Assembly (NCBI GenBank): GCA_963821605.1
Contig: CAWGEZ010000012.1
Location: 725 to 64,724, forward strand
Reading direction: 5' to 3'
Source of the DNA: an uncultured delta proteobacterium
Lineage (GTDB): Bacteria > Desulfobacterota > Syntrophorhabdia > Syntrophorhabdales > WCHB1-27
DNA length: 64,000 nt
Shown piece by piece: positions 1 to 9,742 of this stretch (its first letter is position 1; every line of letters begins with the position of its first letter). Position numbers and translations under genes: made by a program. The notes under the pieces are model-generated. The model was not told the DNA's origin and ran no database searches. It saw only the letters and a program-made list of their open reading frames with translations.

Positions 1-262
1 ATGGGGAATAATCAGTTCAGCCACAATCCAAACAGTGGCCTGCTACTCGCGAGAATCCGGAGGTCTCCAGGCAGCAGACTATTTTCTCTGGGCCTTACAA
101 CGGTTCTATGAAAGGGAAGAAGACAGGTTCTTAGAGTATCTCTGGCCTTGTTTCCGGTTGGTGCGGGATCTTGATGATACCAGGCACTACAAATACGGAG
201 AATATTACACGCAAAAAAAGCCGCTCACGATGGCGGCTAAGAAAAATTTACCGGGGATATAG
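1..262 (+). CDS. DUF3800-family protein, C-terminal part (cut by window edge)
   Basis: GLQAADYFLWALQRFYE contains the QxAD motif typical of the DUF3800 C-terminus; frame ends TAG at 262. Confidence 0.75.
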   Translation, partial: WGIISSATIQTVACYSRESGGLQAADYFLWALQRFYEREEDRFLEYLWPCFRLVRDLDDTRHYKYGEYYTQKKPLTMAAKKNLPGI

Positions 263-320
263 GAGCCTCTGGGCGCTGCCCGAGGCTCACACGGCATGGA
301 GCCGAATTTTGTCCCTGGTA
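249..320. ncRNA. Candidate DUF3800-associated structured RNA, copy 1
   Basis: Three-way junction: TACCGGGGATA/TGTCCCTGGTA, GAGCCTCtGGGC/GCCCGAGGCTC, CGGC/GCCG; overlaps the DUF3800 stop codon. Confidence 0.6.
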
Positions 321-326
321 CTTGTA

Positions 327-354
327 ATGTTAGCAGCCTGAGCGGATATGTCAA
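327..354 (-). promoter_or_regulatory. Putative sigma70 promoter pointing into the structured RNA (antisense to DUF3800)
   Basis: Minus strand TTGACA-16nt-TAACAT; both boxes identical in copy 2 (2469-2496) while the spacer differs. Confidence 0.5.
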
Positions 355-420
355 GAAAAATGTTCATGAGCTCTCTGTTACAACAACATTGTTGGGTGAT
401 GTGCGGCGCATTACGGATCG

Positions 421-505
421 ACCGTGCTTCTTGAGATGAAGGGCGGCGGAATCGACCAAGATCATGCCAAATACCAGGCCGCCCGGCGATGGGTCTCGGC
501 GGTAA
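421..505 (+). pseudogene. Type III restriction Res-subunit C-terminal remnant, copy 1
   Basis: Translates TVLLEMKGGGIDQDHAKYQAARRWVSAV, then breaks into darT sequence. Confidence 0.6.
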
Positions 506-508
506 CCC

Positions 509-925
509 TTGCATGATTACGTCAACCTCTACTTCGATGCGCGAAATCCAATGCTCTACATGCGGCTCGACCAGCATGCCGAAATCTGTATCCTTCGCGT
601 TAAACCCTCAGTAATGGAATTGCCGGGAGTCGTAATTGCGGACCATAATGCGTCAAGCGGGTATGCGAGGTTTTTCCCATACCCCGATGGTCTGAAATAT
701 ATCGATAAGGACACTGTATACGCTGAGTACTGGACGCATCCTGATAATCCAATAGCAGAGATGGAGCACAAGTCAAAGAAGTGCGCGGAAGCCTTGGTGC
801 CGGACAGAGTCAGGCCGGATTATCTGCTTGGGGCTTGCGTTTCCTGCCTCAAGGCACAAGATTCTTGTAGGGTGACGGGAATCACCATTTCTGTTACAAT
901 AGATGCACACCTCTTTTTCAGATGA
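509..925 (+). pseudogene. darT: DarT ssDNA ADP-ribosyltransferase toxin (DUF4433), N-terminally truncated
   Basis: LHDYVNLYFDARNPMLY and KKCAEALVPD motifs; directly upstream of a macrodomain gene; no N-terminal region or RBS. Confidence 0.85.
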
Positions 926-935
926 GGGGGGTACG

Positions 936-2055
936 ATGATAAAGGCTTTGACTGGAAACATTCTTGAGTCGAAGGCACAAACTCTGGTAAACACCGTGAA
1001 CTGCGTGGGTGTTATGGGCAAGGGCATTGCCCTGGAGTTCAAGAATCGATTTCCGGAAATGTTCAAGGACTACGAGCAGAGGTGCAGGCGAAAAGAGGTG
1101 ATGCTCGGGAAGCCATATCTCTACAAATCGCTGTTTCCTCCATGGGTCCTGAACTTCCCTACAAAGGGCCACTGGCGATCCGTGTCGAATCTGCAGGACA
1201 TCGTTCGAGGCTTGATACTACCTCATCAAGCATTACGGGGAATGGGGTATTACGTCGATCGCGGTTCCGCCCCTCGGGTGTGGACATGGCCAGCTGGAGT
1301 GGAGGATCGTAGGACCAACGCTATACAGGTACCTAATTAAACTGGACATCACCATCGAGCTCTACGCGCCGTATGGAACGCCGCACGAGGAATTGCGGCC
1401 CGAGTTTCTGAGCAAGACAACTGGGGGTGAGGATTCCGATTCTATGCCCGTGCCTCAGTTCGTGAAGCCGGCTTGGGTTGCCCTTGTGGAAATATTGAAG
1501 AGGATTGAGGACCAACCATATCATTGGTCCATTGGCCGAACCACATTCCAGAAGATTGCCTTTGTGGCAACGCAGGAAGGTCTGCCCACGGGATTGGAAT
1601 TCAAGAGGTCCAGTTACGGCCCGTTTTCTCCAGAGCTTAAGCATCTTATCGCCAAACTGGTTAACCACCAGCTCGTTGAGGAGAGAGAGCTAGGGCGGAT
1701 GTTTGAGATAACTGTCGGGCCAACCTATGCCGATGCAAAGAAGGCTTATAACGGCCAAATCGAGCAATGGGAAGCAATTATCGAAAAAACATCCGATCTC
1801 TTTTTGCGAACCAACACCAATCAGGCCGAAGTCATTGCGACTGTTCTTTTTGCCGGAAAGGAACTGGCGAGGTCGAAGCCTGAGAGGCCGACAGAATGCG
1901 ATGTATACGAATCAGTCCTGCAATGGAAACAGAAACGCAGGCCACCCATCGAGAAGGATGAAGTGGCGTCAACGATAAGGAATCTTGCCGCTCTGAGATG
2001 GCTTGACGTCAAGCCAAGTAGCGATCTGCCTGTTCCCGACGAAGCTTGGTCATGA
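936..2055 (+). CDS. darG: DarG macrodomain antitoxin (frameshift near 1212)
   Basis: LVNTVNCVGVMGKGIALEFK and NFPTKGHW; after the shift SIAVPPLGCGHGQLEW continues in frame into ORF 1393-2055. Confidence 0.9.
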
Positions 2056-2160
2056 CGGCCCAAACAATCAGTCTATTCCGCTTGCTCAGGCAAGAAGTTG
2101 TTGCCAGGCCTTGACGTGCGCTCTTTGTCATGTGCATCTTGCGGTACATCAGGAAAATCG

Positions 2161-2404
2161 GCCACGATCCAAGCGGTGGCTTGCTACTCGCGAGAATCCG
2201 CAGGTCTCCAGGCAGCAGACTACTTCCTCTGGGCCTTGCAACGGTTCTATGAAAGGGGAGAAGACAGATTTTTGGAGTATCTCTGGCCGTCTTTCCGGCT
2301 GGTGCGGGATCTTGATGATACCAGGCGCCACAGCTACGGGGAATATTACACGCAAAAAAAGCCGCTCACATCTGGCGGCTAAGAAAAATTTACCGGGGAT
2401 ATAG
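2161..2404 (+). pseudogene. DUF3800-family C-terminal fragment
   Basis: GLQAADYFLWALQRFYE; only ~100 bp separates it from the darG stop, too little for the N-terminus. Confidence 0.75.
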
Positions 2405-2462
2405 GAGCCTCTGGGCGCTGCCCGAGGCTCACACGGCATGGAGCCGAATTTTATCCCTGGTA
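2391..2462. ncRNA. Candidate DUF3800-associated structured RNA, copy 2
   Basis: Same fold as 249-320; the single difference (TATCCC vs TGTCCC) preserves pairing on the + strand. Confidence 0.6.
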
Positions 2463-2562
2463 CTTATAATGTTAGCAGCTTGAGCAGATATGTCAAAAAA
2501 AATGTTCATGAGCTCTCCGCTACGACAACATTGTTGGGTGATGTGCGGCGCATTAAGGATCG

Positions 2563-2746
2563 ACCGTGCTTCTTGAGATGAAGGGCGCTGAATTCGACAA
2601 GGACCACGCCAAGTACCTAGGCGGCGCGGCGATGGGTGTCGGCGGTAAACAACTGGGGACGGCTGGGGCGGTGGGATTTCATGGTCTGCAGAGACCCGCT
2701 CGCGCTGCCGGGGATGCTGGCTAGGATGCCGGGGCGGGAGGAATGA
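2563..2746 (+). pseudogene. Type III restriction Res-subunit C-terminal remnant, copy 2
   Basis: With one frameshift reads LLEMKGAEFDKDHAKYLAARRWVSAVNNWGRLGRWDFMVCRDP; its TGA overlaps the Fic ATG. Confidence 0.65.
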
Positions 2747-3870
2747 TGGTCCACGCGGGTAGACAACAAACACATTGGAAACCACGTTACGCAATCAGCC
2801 CCTCGATTGCCCGTGCGTTGATGGAAATCGAGGCAGTCAAAACGATCGTTGAACATACACCTCTGTCTCCGGCCGTTGAGGCTCAAATACGCAACAGGGC
2901 CCGCATCAGGTCCACACACTATTCCACGCGCATCGAGGGCAATAAGCTGACCTTGAAAGAAGCTCAGGATGTTATACAGAAAAAGGCCCGTTTTCATGGA
3001 AGAGAGCGTGACGTGAAAGAAGTCCGCAACTATTGGGAAGCCCTCCTGAAAGTGGAAGACTGGGCAGCGAGGAAGGTCGAATTCAGTGAGGATCTCATCA
3101 AACGGCTCCATGCGATTGTCGATAAGGGAAAAAGCGCCAAACCAACGCCTTACCGGACCGGACAAAATGTTATCCGTGATTCGGCAACGGGCGGCATGGT
3201 CTACATGCCTCCTGAAGCGACGGATGTACCGAAGCTCATGGCCGAGATGGTGCGGTGGGTAAGAAAGGCTGAGAAGGAACGTCTACCGGTTCCCATAATC
3301 GCATCTCTGGTGCATTATCAGTTTGTTACGATACACCCCTACTATGACGGCAACGGCAGAACGGCCCGCCTTCTTGCGACCTTTATTCTGCAGAGAGACG
3401 GATATGGACTCAATGGATTCTTTTCCCTGGAGGAACATCATGCCCGTGACCTGGGCGGTTATTACATATCGCTCGCGGTGCATGAGCACCACAATTACTA
3501 TATGGGAAGGGCAGAAGCAGACCTTACCACCTGGATTGAATATTTCGTAGCACTTCTGGCGCAAGTATTCGCCGAGGCAAGAGATGAGGCATTGAGGCAT
3601 ACGGGCAAGGGCTTGCCTCATCAGCCGCCGGAGCTGCGCAGCCTCGACCGCAGAGCGCGTACGGTCCTGGCACTATTTGCTCAGAAGGACAGAATAACCG
3701 CTCAGGATGTGGCAGCCGCCTTAGGGCTATCCACGCGCATGGTCAGAATACTTTTGAGCAAATGGACTGATGATGGATGGCTTCTTATTGCCGATACCTC
3801 CAACCGTGGGAGGGTATACGCTTTATCGGCAATTTATCGGCAATTTATCGGCAATGAATGGACAGTATGA
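2743..3870 (+). CDS. Fic/DOC family protein with C-terminal HTH
   Basis: HPYYDGNGRTAR Fic motif; STRIEGN inhibitory-type motif. Confidence 0.93.
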   Translation: MMVHAGRQQTHWKPRYAISPSIARALMEIEAVKTIVEHTPLSPAVEAQIRNRARIRSTHYSTRIEGNKLTLKEAQDVIQKKARFHGRERDVKEVRNYWEALLKVEDWAARKVEFSEDLIKRLHAIVDKGKSAKPTPYRTGQNVIRDSATGGMVYMPPEATDVPKLMAEMVRWVRKAEKERLPVPIIASLVHYQFVTIHPYYDGNGRTARLLATFILQRDGYGLNGFFSLEEHHARDLGGYYISLAVHEHHNYYMGRAEADLTTWIEYFVALLAQVFAEARDEALRHTGKGLPHQPPELRSLDRRARTVLALFAQKDRITAQDVAAALGLSTRMVRILLSKWTDDGWLLIADTSNRGRVYALSAIYRQFIGNEWTV

Positions 3871-3931
3871 GAGATGGCGGTTCGGGCGTTCAGGGGTGCA
3901 AAGGGGTCAGGTTCGTTCTGACAGAACTCGA

Positions 3932-3967
3932 TTGACAGCGCTCAAAAAAATGTGTACCCTAGGTACA
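3932..3967 (+). promoter_or_regulatory. sigma70 promoter with overlapping palindromic operator
   Basis: TTGACA(3932)-17nt-TACCCT(3955); TGTACC-cta-GGTACA palindrome at 3953-3967. Confidence 0.65.
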
Positions 3968-3981
3968 GTACCCTACCCGCC

Positions 3982-4674
3982 ATGAAAGATAGCCCGCTCG
4001 GACTGAAGATCGAAAAACAACCCCACCTGAGAAAGATCGTGTATGAGAGATTGAAAGATGCTATCCTCACCGGCGCCATTCCGAAGGGAACAAAATTATA
4101 TGAGTCGAGAATCGCGGAGGAGACGGGGATAAGTCGGACTCCTGTCAGGGAGGCGCTTCACGCGCTTGAGAGGGAGTTGTTGATCACTGCTATTGATAAA
4201 GTGGGATACGAGATTGTCGATACGGACCTTGAGGACCTTGAAGAGATCTCGGCGATCAGAAAGACGGTCGAGACACTTGCGTTAAAAAAGGCAATCGATC
4301 GTAATCGTATAGGAGCGCATGAGATAAACAGGCTGGAGGCAAATCTGAAAAGGGCAGAGAAGGCCCTGAAAGATTACGGGTCTGATTTATTTATTCAATT
4401 GGATGCTGAGTTTCATCAGATCTTGTGTGCCTTGAGCCACAGCGAGCGTCTGATCAGGATGGCGGACACGTTGCGGAAGGAGATGCAAAGATTCAGAAGT
4501 CGTACAAAGCTGGACCACGAGTTGGCTGCTGAATCTCTCAAATACCACCAAGAGATCGTGACCTTCCTGAAGATGAAGGATTATCGAAGCGCCAAAAAAG
4601 CATTGAGTGATCACATCGATCACGCCACGAGAAAGACTCAAAAGGAGTTTATGGGAGGATTGAAAGAAAGATGA
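3982..4674 (+). CDS. GntR/FadR (FCD) transcriptional regulator
   Basis: GISRTPVREAL wHTH; DAEFH and DHI FCD motifs. Confidence 0.93.
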   Translation: MKDSPLGLKIEKQPHLRKIVYERLKDAILTGAIPKGTKLYESRIAEETGISRTPVREALHALERELLITAIDKVGYEIVDTDLEDLEEISAIRKTVETLALKKAIDRNRIGAHEINRLEANLKRAEKALKDYGSDLFIQLDAEFHQILCALSHSERLIRMADTLRKEMQRFRSRTKLDHELAAESLKYHQEIVTFLKMKDYRSAKKALSDHIDHATRKTQKEFMGGLKER

Positions 4675-5222
4675 AAGAGATAAGGCTGCATGGCAGGGGA
4701 GGGCAAGGGGTGGTGATGGGTGCTGAAATGCTCGCATACGCTTTTGTCCTTGAAGGTAAGTATGCCTCTTCGTTCCCGACGTTCGGGGCTGAGCGGCGAG
4801 GGGCGCCGGTAGCCGCCTTCCTGCGATGTGATGACAAACCGATCAGAGAGACCCATCAAATCTACGATCCGGATTGCATTATGTGCCTGGATCCTTTCAT
4901 AGGAAGATCGCAGGAGATTTTCAAAGGCTTGAAGGGCGACGGCATAGCAATCATAAACACGCCGAAGCAGAAGTTGGAAACCTGGCCTGATGCGCTCAAG
5001 GTTCTCGGCCTTGTCGATGCCACTGCTCTGGCCCTGCATGAGATCGGAAGGGCGATCGTCAATACCTGCATGCTCGGAGTGATCGCAAGGGTCACGGGTT
5101 GGGTTAAGCTCGAATCGGTGCTGTCGAGCCTGGATATGAATTTCGAAGGAAAATTGCTGAAGAAAAATCAGGACCTGGTAAGGCGGGGTTATGAGACTGT
5201 CGCCATATCGGTCAAGGAGTAG
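4671..5222 (+). CDS. 2-oxoacid:acceptor oxidoreductase gamma subunit (PadE-like)
   Basis: EIRLHGRGGQG, FGAERRGAPV. Confidence 0.92.
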   Translation: MKEIRLHGRGGQGVVMGAEMLAYAFVLEGKYASSFPTFGAERRGAPVAAFLRCDDKPIRETHQIYDPDCIMCLDPFIGRSQEIFKGLKGDGIAIINTPKQKLETWPDALKVLGLVDATALALHEIGRAIVNTCMLGVIARVTGWVKLESVLSSLDMNFEGKLLKKNQDLVRRGYETVAISVKE

Positions 5223-5366
5223 ATAGATTCCCACGGGCAAGCCCGTGGTACTAAAGAAACGCGCCTCTGTTGGCTCGCCGCCAGTAAGGAATCTATCTAG
5301 CGAGCACGGCGAGCGAGAGGGGGAGGCTCTGGCGGCTTGGCCGCCGGAGGGGGCGACGCGAGCCCC
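5220..5366 (+). repeat. Dispersed repeat family A, copy 1
   Basis: TAGCGAGCACGGCGAGCGAGAGGGGGAGGCTC...GGGGCGACGCGAGCCCC preceded by arms TAGATAGATTCC/GGAATCTATCTA. Confidence 0.85.
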
Positions 5367-5375
5367 GGGGATAGC

Positions 5376-5642
5376 ATGAAATTCATAAGCAAATTTGAAG
5401 CACCCTGGTCAACGCCGAAGGAGCCGCTTGATGTCAAGACAGGGGAGTGGCGGTCGCAGAGGCCGGTTACCAGGAGTGAAAAATGTCGCCAGTGCGGCTG
5501 GTGCTTTATTTTCTGCCCTTCCGGCTGCAGGAAGGAAACGGGACATTATTTTTCGGCGGATCTCGATTATTGCAAGGGCTGCGGGGTTTGCGCCAGGGTC
5601 TGTCCGGCCAAGGCAGTCATGCTGGTAAGAGAGGAGATCTGA
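5376..5642 (+). CDS. Oxidoreductase delta subunit, 2x[4Fe-4S] (PadF-like)
   Basis: KTGEWRSQRP; CxxCxxCxxxCP twice. Confidence 0.92.
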   Translation: MKFISKFEAPWSTPKEPLDVKTGEWRSQRPVTRSEKCRQCGWCFIFCPSGCRKETGHYFSADLDYCKGCGVCARVCPAKAVMLVREEI

Positions 5643-6848
5643 TGTCGACGATGGATTTAAGGGGTCAAACGAGAGTGCTGGATGGGAATCGCGCAGGGGC
5701 ATACGGGGTCCTCTTGTCCAGGCCGGATGTCATCGCCTCCTATCCCATCACTCCTCAGACACCGTTGCTGGAAACGATTTACAAATTCGAAGCCGAAGGT
5801 TTACTCGATGCGGAAATGGTTGAGCCCGAGGGAGAGAATTCGGCTATGGGTGTTCTTCTAGGGGCGTGCGCAGCCGGCGGACGAACGTTCACGGCAAGCT
5901 CGTCCCAGGGTCTATCGTTTATGAATGACGCCTATCTTCTTGCCGCGGGAAACAGGTTCCCTATCGTGATGGCAATCGGCATGAGGGAACAGGTGAGCCC
6001 GCACGGTGTCGTAGCAGGACAGCAGGATGCCGTGCTGGTGAAGGATCATGGCTGGATTCAGATCTATATGGAATCGTGCCAGGAGATTCTCGATTCGATG
6101 ATTATGGCCTACCGGTTGGCGGAAGATTCAGACGTTCTGCTGCCGGTCAACGTCTGCTACGAGGGATTTTTTCTTTCGCATCACTCCCAGCGGGTGGAAA
6201 TACCGCGGCAGGAAGAGGTGGATGAGTTCCTCGCGCCCCTGAAAAAGCATGGAAAGGCTCAAGTGGACGATTGATGACCCGATGGTTTTTTCGAGCTACA
6301 CGGTCCCTGCAGAGCTTTTTACCGAATACCGGTACAAGGCGTGCGCGGCGCACCAGAGGGCAAAGGCGAAATTCGACGAGATCGATAAAGAATTCGGTCG
6401 TCGGTTCGGCCGCAGTTATGGGGGTCAGATCGAGGAGTACAGGACAGAGGATGCGGAGGTCGTCATCGTCTCCATGGGCTGCTCCACGGGAACGGCAAAA
6501 GTGGTGGTGGACAAGAAGCGCGAAGAAGGGCTGAAGGTGGGCCTCATCAAAATACGCATGTTCCGTCCCAGCCCGAGAGAGCGGCTGATCAAAGCCCTCA
6601 ACGGGAAAAAGGCCATCGGGGTGATCGATCGAAGTGTCTGCTATGCCTGGAACTGCGGTCACAACTTCGTGGAGCTGAAAACACTTTTGAGCGATCTGGA
6701 GACGCCGGCTCCCCTGCTGCTCGATTTTATAGGAGGCCTGGGAGGCGCTGATATTACGGCTCTTCATGTGGAACGCGTCATTGACAGGACGTACGCTGCA
6801 GCCAGGGGAGAAAAGCAGCCGCCCGTGACCTGGCTGTCATTGGAATAG
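5642..6848 (+). CDS. Oxidoreductase alpha subunit (PadG-like), frameshift near 6245
   Basis: YPITPQT motif; C-terminal half lies in ORF 6249-6848. Confidence 0.9.
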
Positions 6849-6949
6849 ATTTTCACCGGAAGACCCGTGAAAATCTATTCTAGCGAGCACGGCGAGCGAG
6901 AGGGGGAGGCTCTGGCGGCTTGGCTGCCGGAGGGGGCGACGCGAGCCCC
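6843..6949 (+). repeat. Dispersed repeat family A, copy 2
   Basis: Same core as 5298-5366, preceded by hairpin GAATAGATTTTCAC/GTGAAAATCTATTC. Confidence 0.85.
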
Positions 6950-6975
6950 AGTGATTGAATAGAAGGAGAGAGGAT

Positions 6976-8248
6976 TTGGAAAAGAAAAAACATGTGATCA
7001 TCGGATGCGGCACAGCAGCTCTCGCGGCTTTGAAGGAGATGAGAAAGGTGAACGCCGAGGATGAGATTAAACTCGTCACGATGGAACCTCACCTTCCCTA
7101 TTCTCCTACGTCACTCCCCTATCTCATTTCAGGAAAGATAAAGGAAACTGAGATCTCCATGGTGATGGATGATTTCTTTGACCAAATGAAAGCCGTGTGG
7201 ATCAGGGACAAGCGAGTTGGGCGTCTCGACACGGAGAAGGGGGAGATCCTTTATGATTCTCAGGAACGGGAATCCTATGATTCTCTTTTGATCGCCACGG
7301 GCAGTGAGCCTCTTTTCCCTTCTATTCCGGGTCTGAACAATGAACAGGTTTTGCAGCTGAGGACCCTGGATCATGCCAGAGGGCTGATGGCAAAGATGAA
7401 GGGAACTCAAACGGCTATTGTCCTGGGTGCCGGGCTGATCGGTATGCACGTGGCTGAGTGCCTGGCCGAGCAGGGCATACGGGTGCAGGTCGTGGAGATG
7501 CTTCCCCACATCCTCCCGGCCTACTTTGACAAGGATGCTTCAGGCATGATCCAGCATGTGCTGGAGAAACATGGGGTGACCTTTTTCACCGGGCGCCGGG
7601 CAACGGAAGTGGCCTGGAAGAAGCGCTCGGTTGAAATACTCCTGGAAGACGGGGAGCGCCTGCAGGCCGACCTGCTCTTGGTCGCCACCGGCGTGAAACC
7701 TCGCATCGCTTTCCTGAATGGAAGCGGCGTGAAGATCAATGACGGCATACTGGTCGACAGCGAGATGAGAACAAATGTTGTGAACATATTTGCCGCCGGC
7801 GATGTTGCTGCGGCTAAAAGTTTTCTGACCGGGGAGCATGGCCTGAACCCCATCCTGCCGAATGCTGCTGAGCAGGGGAAGATTGCCGGCAGTAATATGG
7901 CAGGTCAGAAAAAGGAGTACGAAGGCTGGTTACCGATGAATACGTTCAGTTTCTTTGGTCATCGTGCGGTCTCCGTCGGGAAACCGGCTCCTGCGGAAGG
8001 CGATGAGGTGGTTGTGGAAGAGGATGATAGTGCGGGCGCATACAAGAAGATCATTTATAGAGACGACAGGCTTCTGGGGGCGGCCTTCCTCGATACGGAT
8101 GTGGAGGCCGGGGTCTTTCCAGTACCTGATCAGGAGGAGAGTGGATATCGGATCCTTTAAGGAGCGTCTTATCCAGGCACCCCGGGAAACCAGCCTGTGG
8201 CTCATGCGTGAGGCGGAAAAGAAAGAAACGATCTCCATCGAGGAGTAG
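6976..8248 (+). CDS. FAD/NAD(H)-dependent oxidoreductase subunit (PadH-like), frameshift near 8115
   Basis: IIGCGTAA, LGAGLIG, IFAAGD. Confidence 0.88.
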
Positions 8249-8334
8249 TGCAAACAGGTAAGACAGGTTAAGGTTGAGGAACGCAAGAGCGAAGGTGTCC
8301 TTCTCCTAATTGTTAATGAAGAGAGGCCAGGGAC

Positions 8335-9669
8335 ATGAAGAGTTTCTATGACACCTTAAGTATCGAAGAGAATCTATGCCCGCCCGGTTGCATGGCGTGT
8401 CGCACGCGGTGCGCCGAAGTGAAGCAGGGCAAGGGCTCAGGAGGAACCGGCATTCGGGAGGCTCATATCCCCGGGATCGATATTCACATGGCCAACACCT
8501 GCAATCAGTGTTCTGAGCCGGCCTGTCTCGATGTCTGTCCCACGGGAGCGATCACCAAGAGCGCGACGGATGGAATCGTCCGTATTCAGGAGACAAAGTG
8601 TATTGGGTGCGGCCTTTGCGATAGCGCCTGTCTTTACGGGGGGATTGATTTCAATGCGGGCTCGAAGAAGGCATCAAAATGTGACCTCTGCGATGGCGAT
8701 CCCCAGTGCACAGAGGTATGTCCCGTTCACGCCATTTCTTTCATGAAGGCACGACCCATTGTCGAGCAGTTTCATGAAGACCCATTGCTGATGGGATCCT
8801 CTCTGTGCGTGGGCTGTCCGGCGGAAACAACGCTGCGATTCGTGCTCAGGGTTATGGGGAAAGATACGTATCTGTTCGGAGCTCCCGGATGTGCCACCAA
8901 CGTGATTAACGGGATGGGGATCCGGGCGATGGTGCGCATTCCCAGCCATATGTCGAACATGACCACGGTACCCTCTACCATGACCGGCGTCAAGAGATAT
9001 CACAAGAAAATGGGTAGAGACGTCAGGTGCGTGGCGTTTGTCGGTGACGGCTGTGCTACGGACGTGGGATTCCAGCCGCTCTCGGGGGCGGCGGAAAGAA
9101 ACGAGAACATCATATTCATAACCTACGATAATGAAGGTTACATGAACACCGGTATCCAGAGAAGCAGCACTACGCCCTACGGAGGATGGACGACGACTAC
9201 CCCGGCAATGGGAAAGAGGAAGGGGAAGCAGATGACTTCCAAGAATGTGCCCCTTATCATGGCAGCACACGACATTCCCTACGTGGCTACCGCGGTCATC
9301 GGGTACCCTGAGGACTTTCTCATGAAATTGAAGAAGGCCATGGCCGTGAAGGATGGCATGTCCTACATACACATCTTAAGCCCCTGCATACTTGGCTGGG
9401 GGTACAATATACCGGAGTCTCTGGACGTGACGCGGGCAGCCGTGGAGACGAACTATTACCCGCTCTGGGAATATGAGCGGGGAGAATACCGGTTGACTCA
9501 TGCAGTAGAGAAGCCGAAACCTATTTCCGCATATACCGGACTCCTGAAGAAATTCTCCCACCTGGATGAGAAGGATCTAAAGGAACTGCAGAGGATCGTC
9601 AATAAGCGCTTTAACCACATCAAGGCCCTTACCAGGATGGAAACCCAAGAAGACGAGAAAAGGCAATAG
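8335..9669 (+). CDS. TPP-binding beta subunit with N-terminal Fe-S dicluster domain (PadI-like)
   Basis: Several CxxCxxxxC motifs; GDG...DNEGYMNTGIQRS. Confidence 0.9.
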   Translation: MKSFYDTLSIEENLCPPGCMACRTRCAEVKQGKGSGGTGIREAHIPGIDIHMANTCNQCSEPACLDVCPTGAITKSATDGIVRIQETKCIGCGLCDSACLYGGIDFNAGSKKASKCDLCDGDPQCTEVCPVHAISFMKARPIVEQFHEDPLLMGSSLCVGCPAETTLRFVLRVMGKDTYLFGAPGCATNVINGMGIRAMVRIPSHMSNMTTVPSTMTGVKRYHKKMGRDVRCVAFVGDGCATDVGFQPLSGAAERNENIIFITYDNEGYMNTGIQRSSTTPYGGWTTTTPAMGKRKGKQMTSKNVPLIMAAHDIPYVATAVIGYPEDFLMKLKKAMAVKDGMSYIHILSPCILGWGYNIPESLDVTRAAVETNYYPLWEYERGEYRLTHAVEKPKPISAYTGLLKKFSHLDEKDLKELQRIVNKRFNHIKALTRMETQEDEKRQ

Positions 9670-9742
9670 ATCGTGTACAAAGAATTGCAGCACGCGTAAG
9701 GCGTGGCAATATTCCATACTACTCAAGACGAGGAGGGTTACG

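Larger units (their letters stand above)
20..505 (+). repeat. ~485-bp direct repeat, copy 1 (DUF3800 3' end + structured RNA + Res remnant)
   Basis: Aligns by eye with 2161-2648, with scattered substitutions. Confidence 0.95.
2161..2648 (+). repeat. ~485-bp direct repeat, copy 2
   Basis: Matches 20-505; the DUF3800 portion lacks its N-terminus. Confidence 0.95.

Noticed and set aside
3822-3854. TTTATCGGCAA x3 at the Fic 3' end
   Set aside because: Short slippage repeat affecting only the last residues; no evidence of function.
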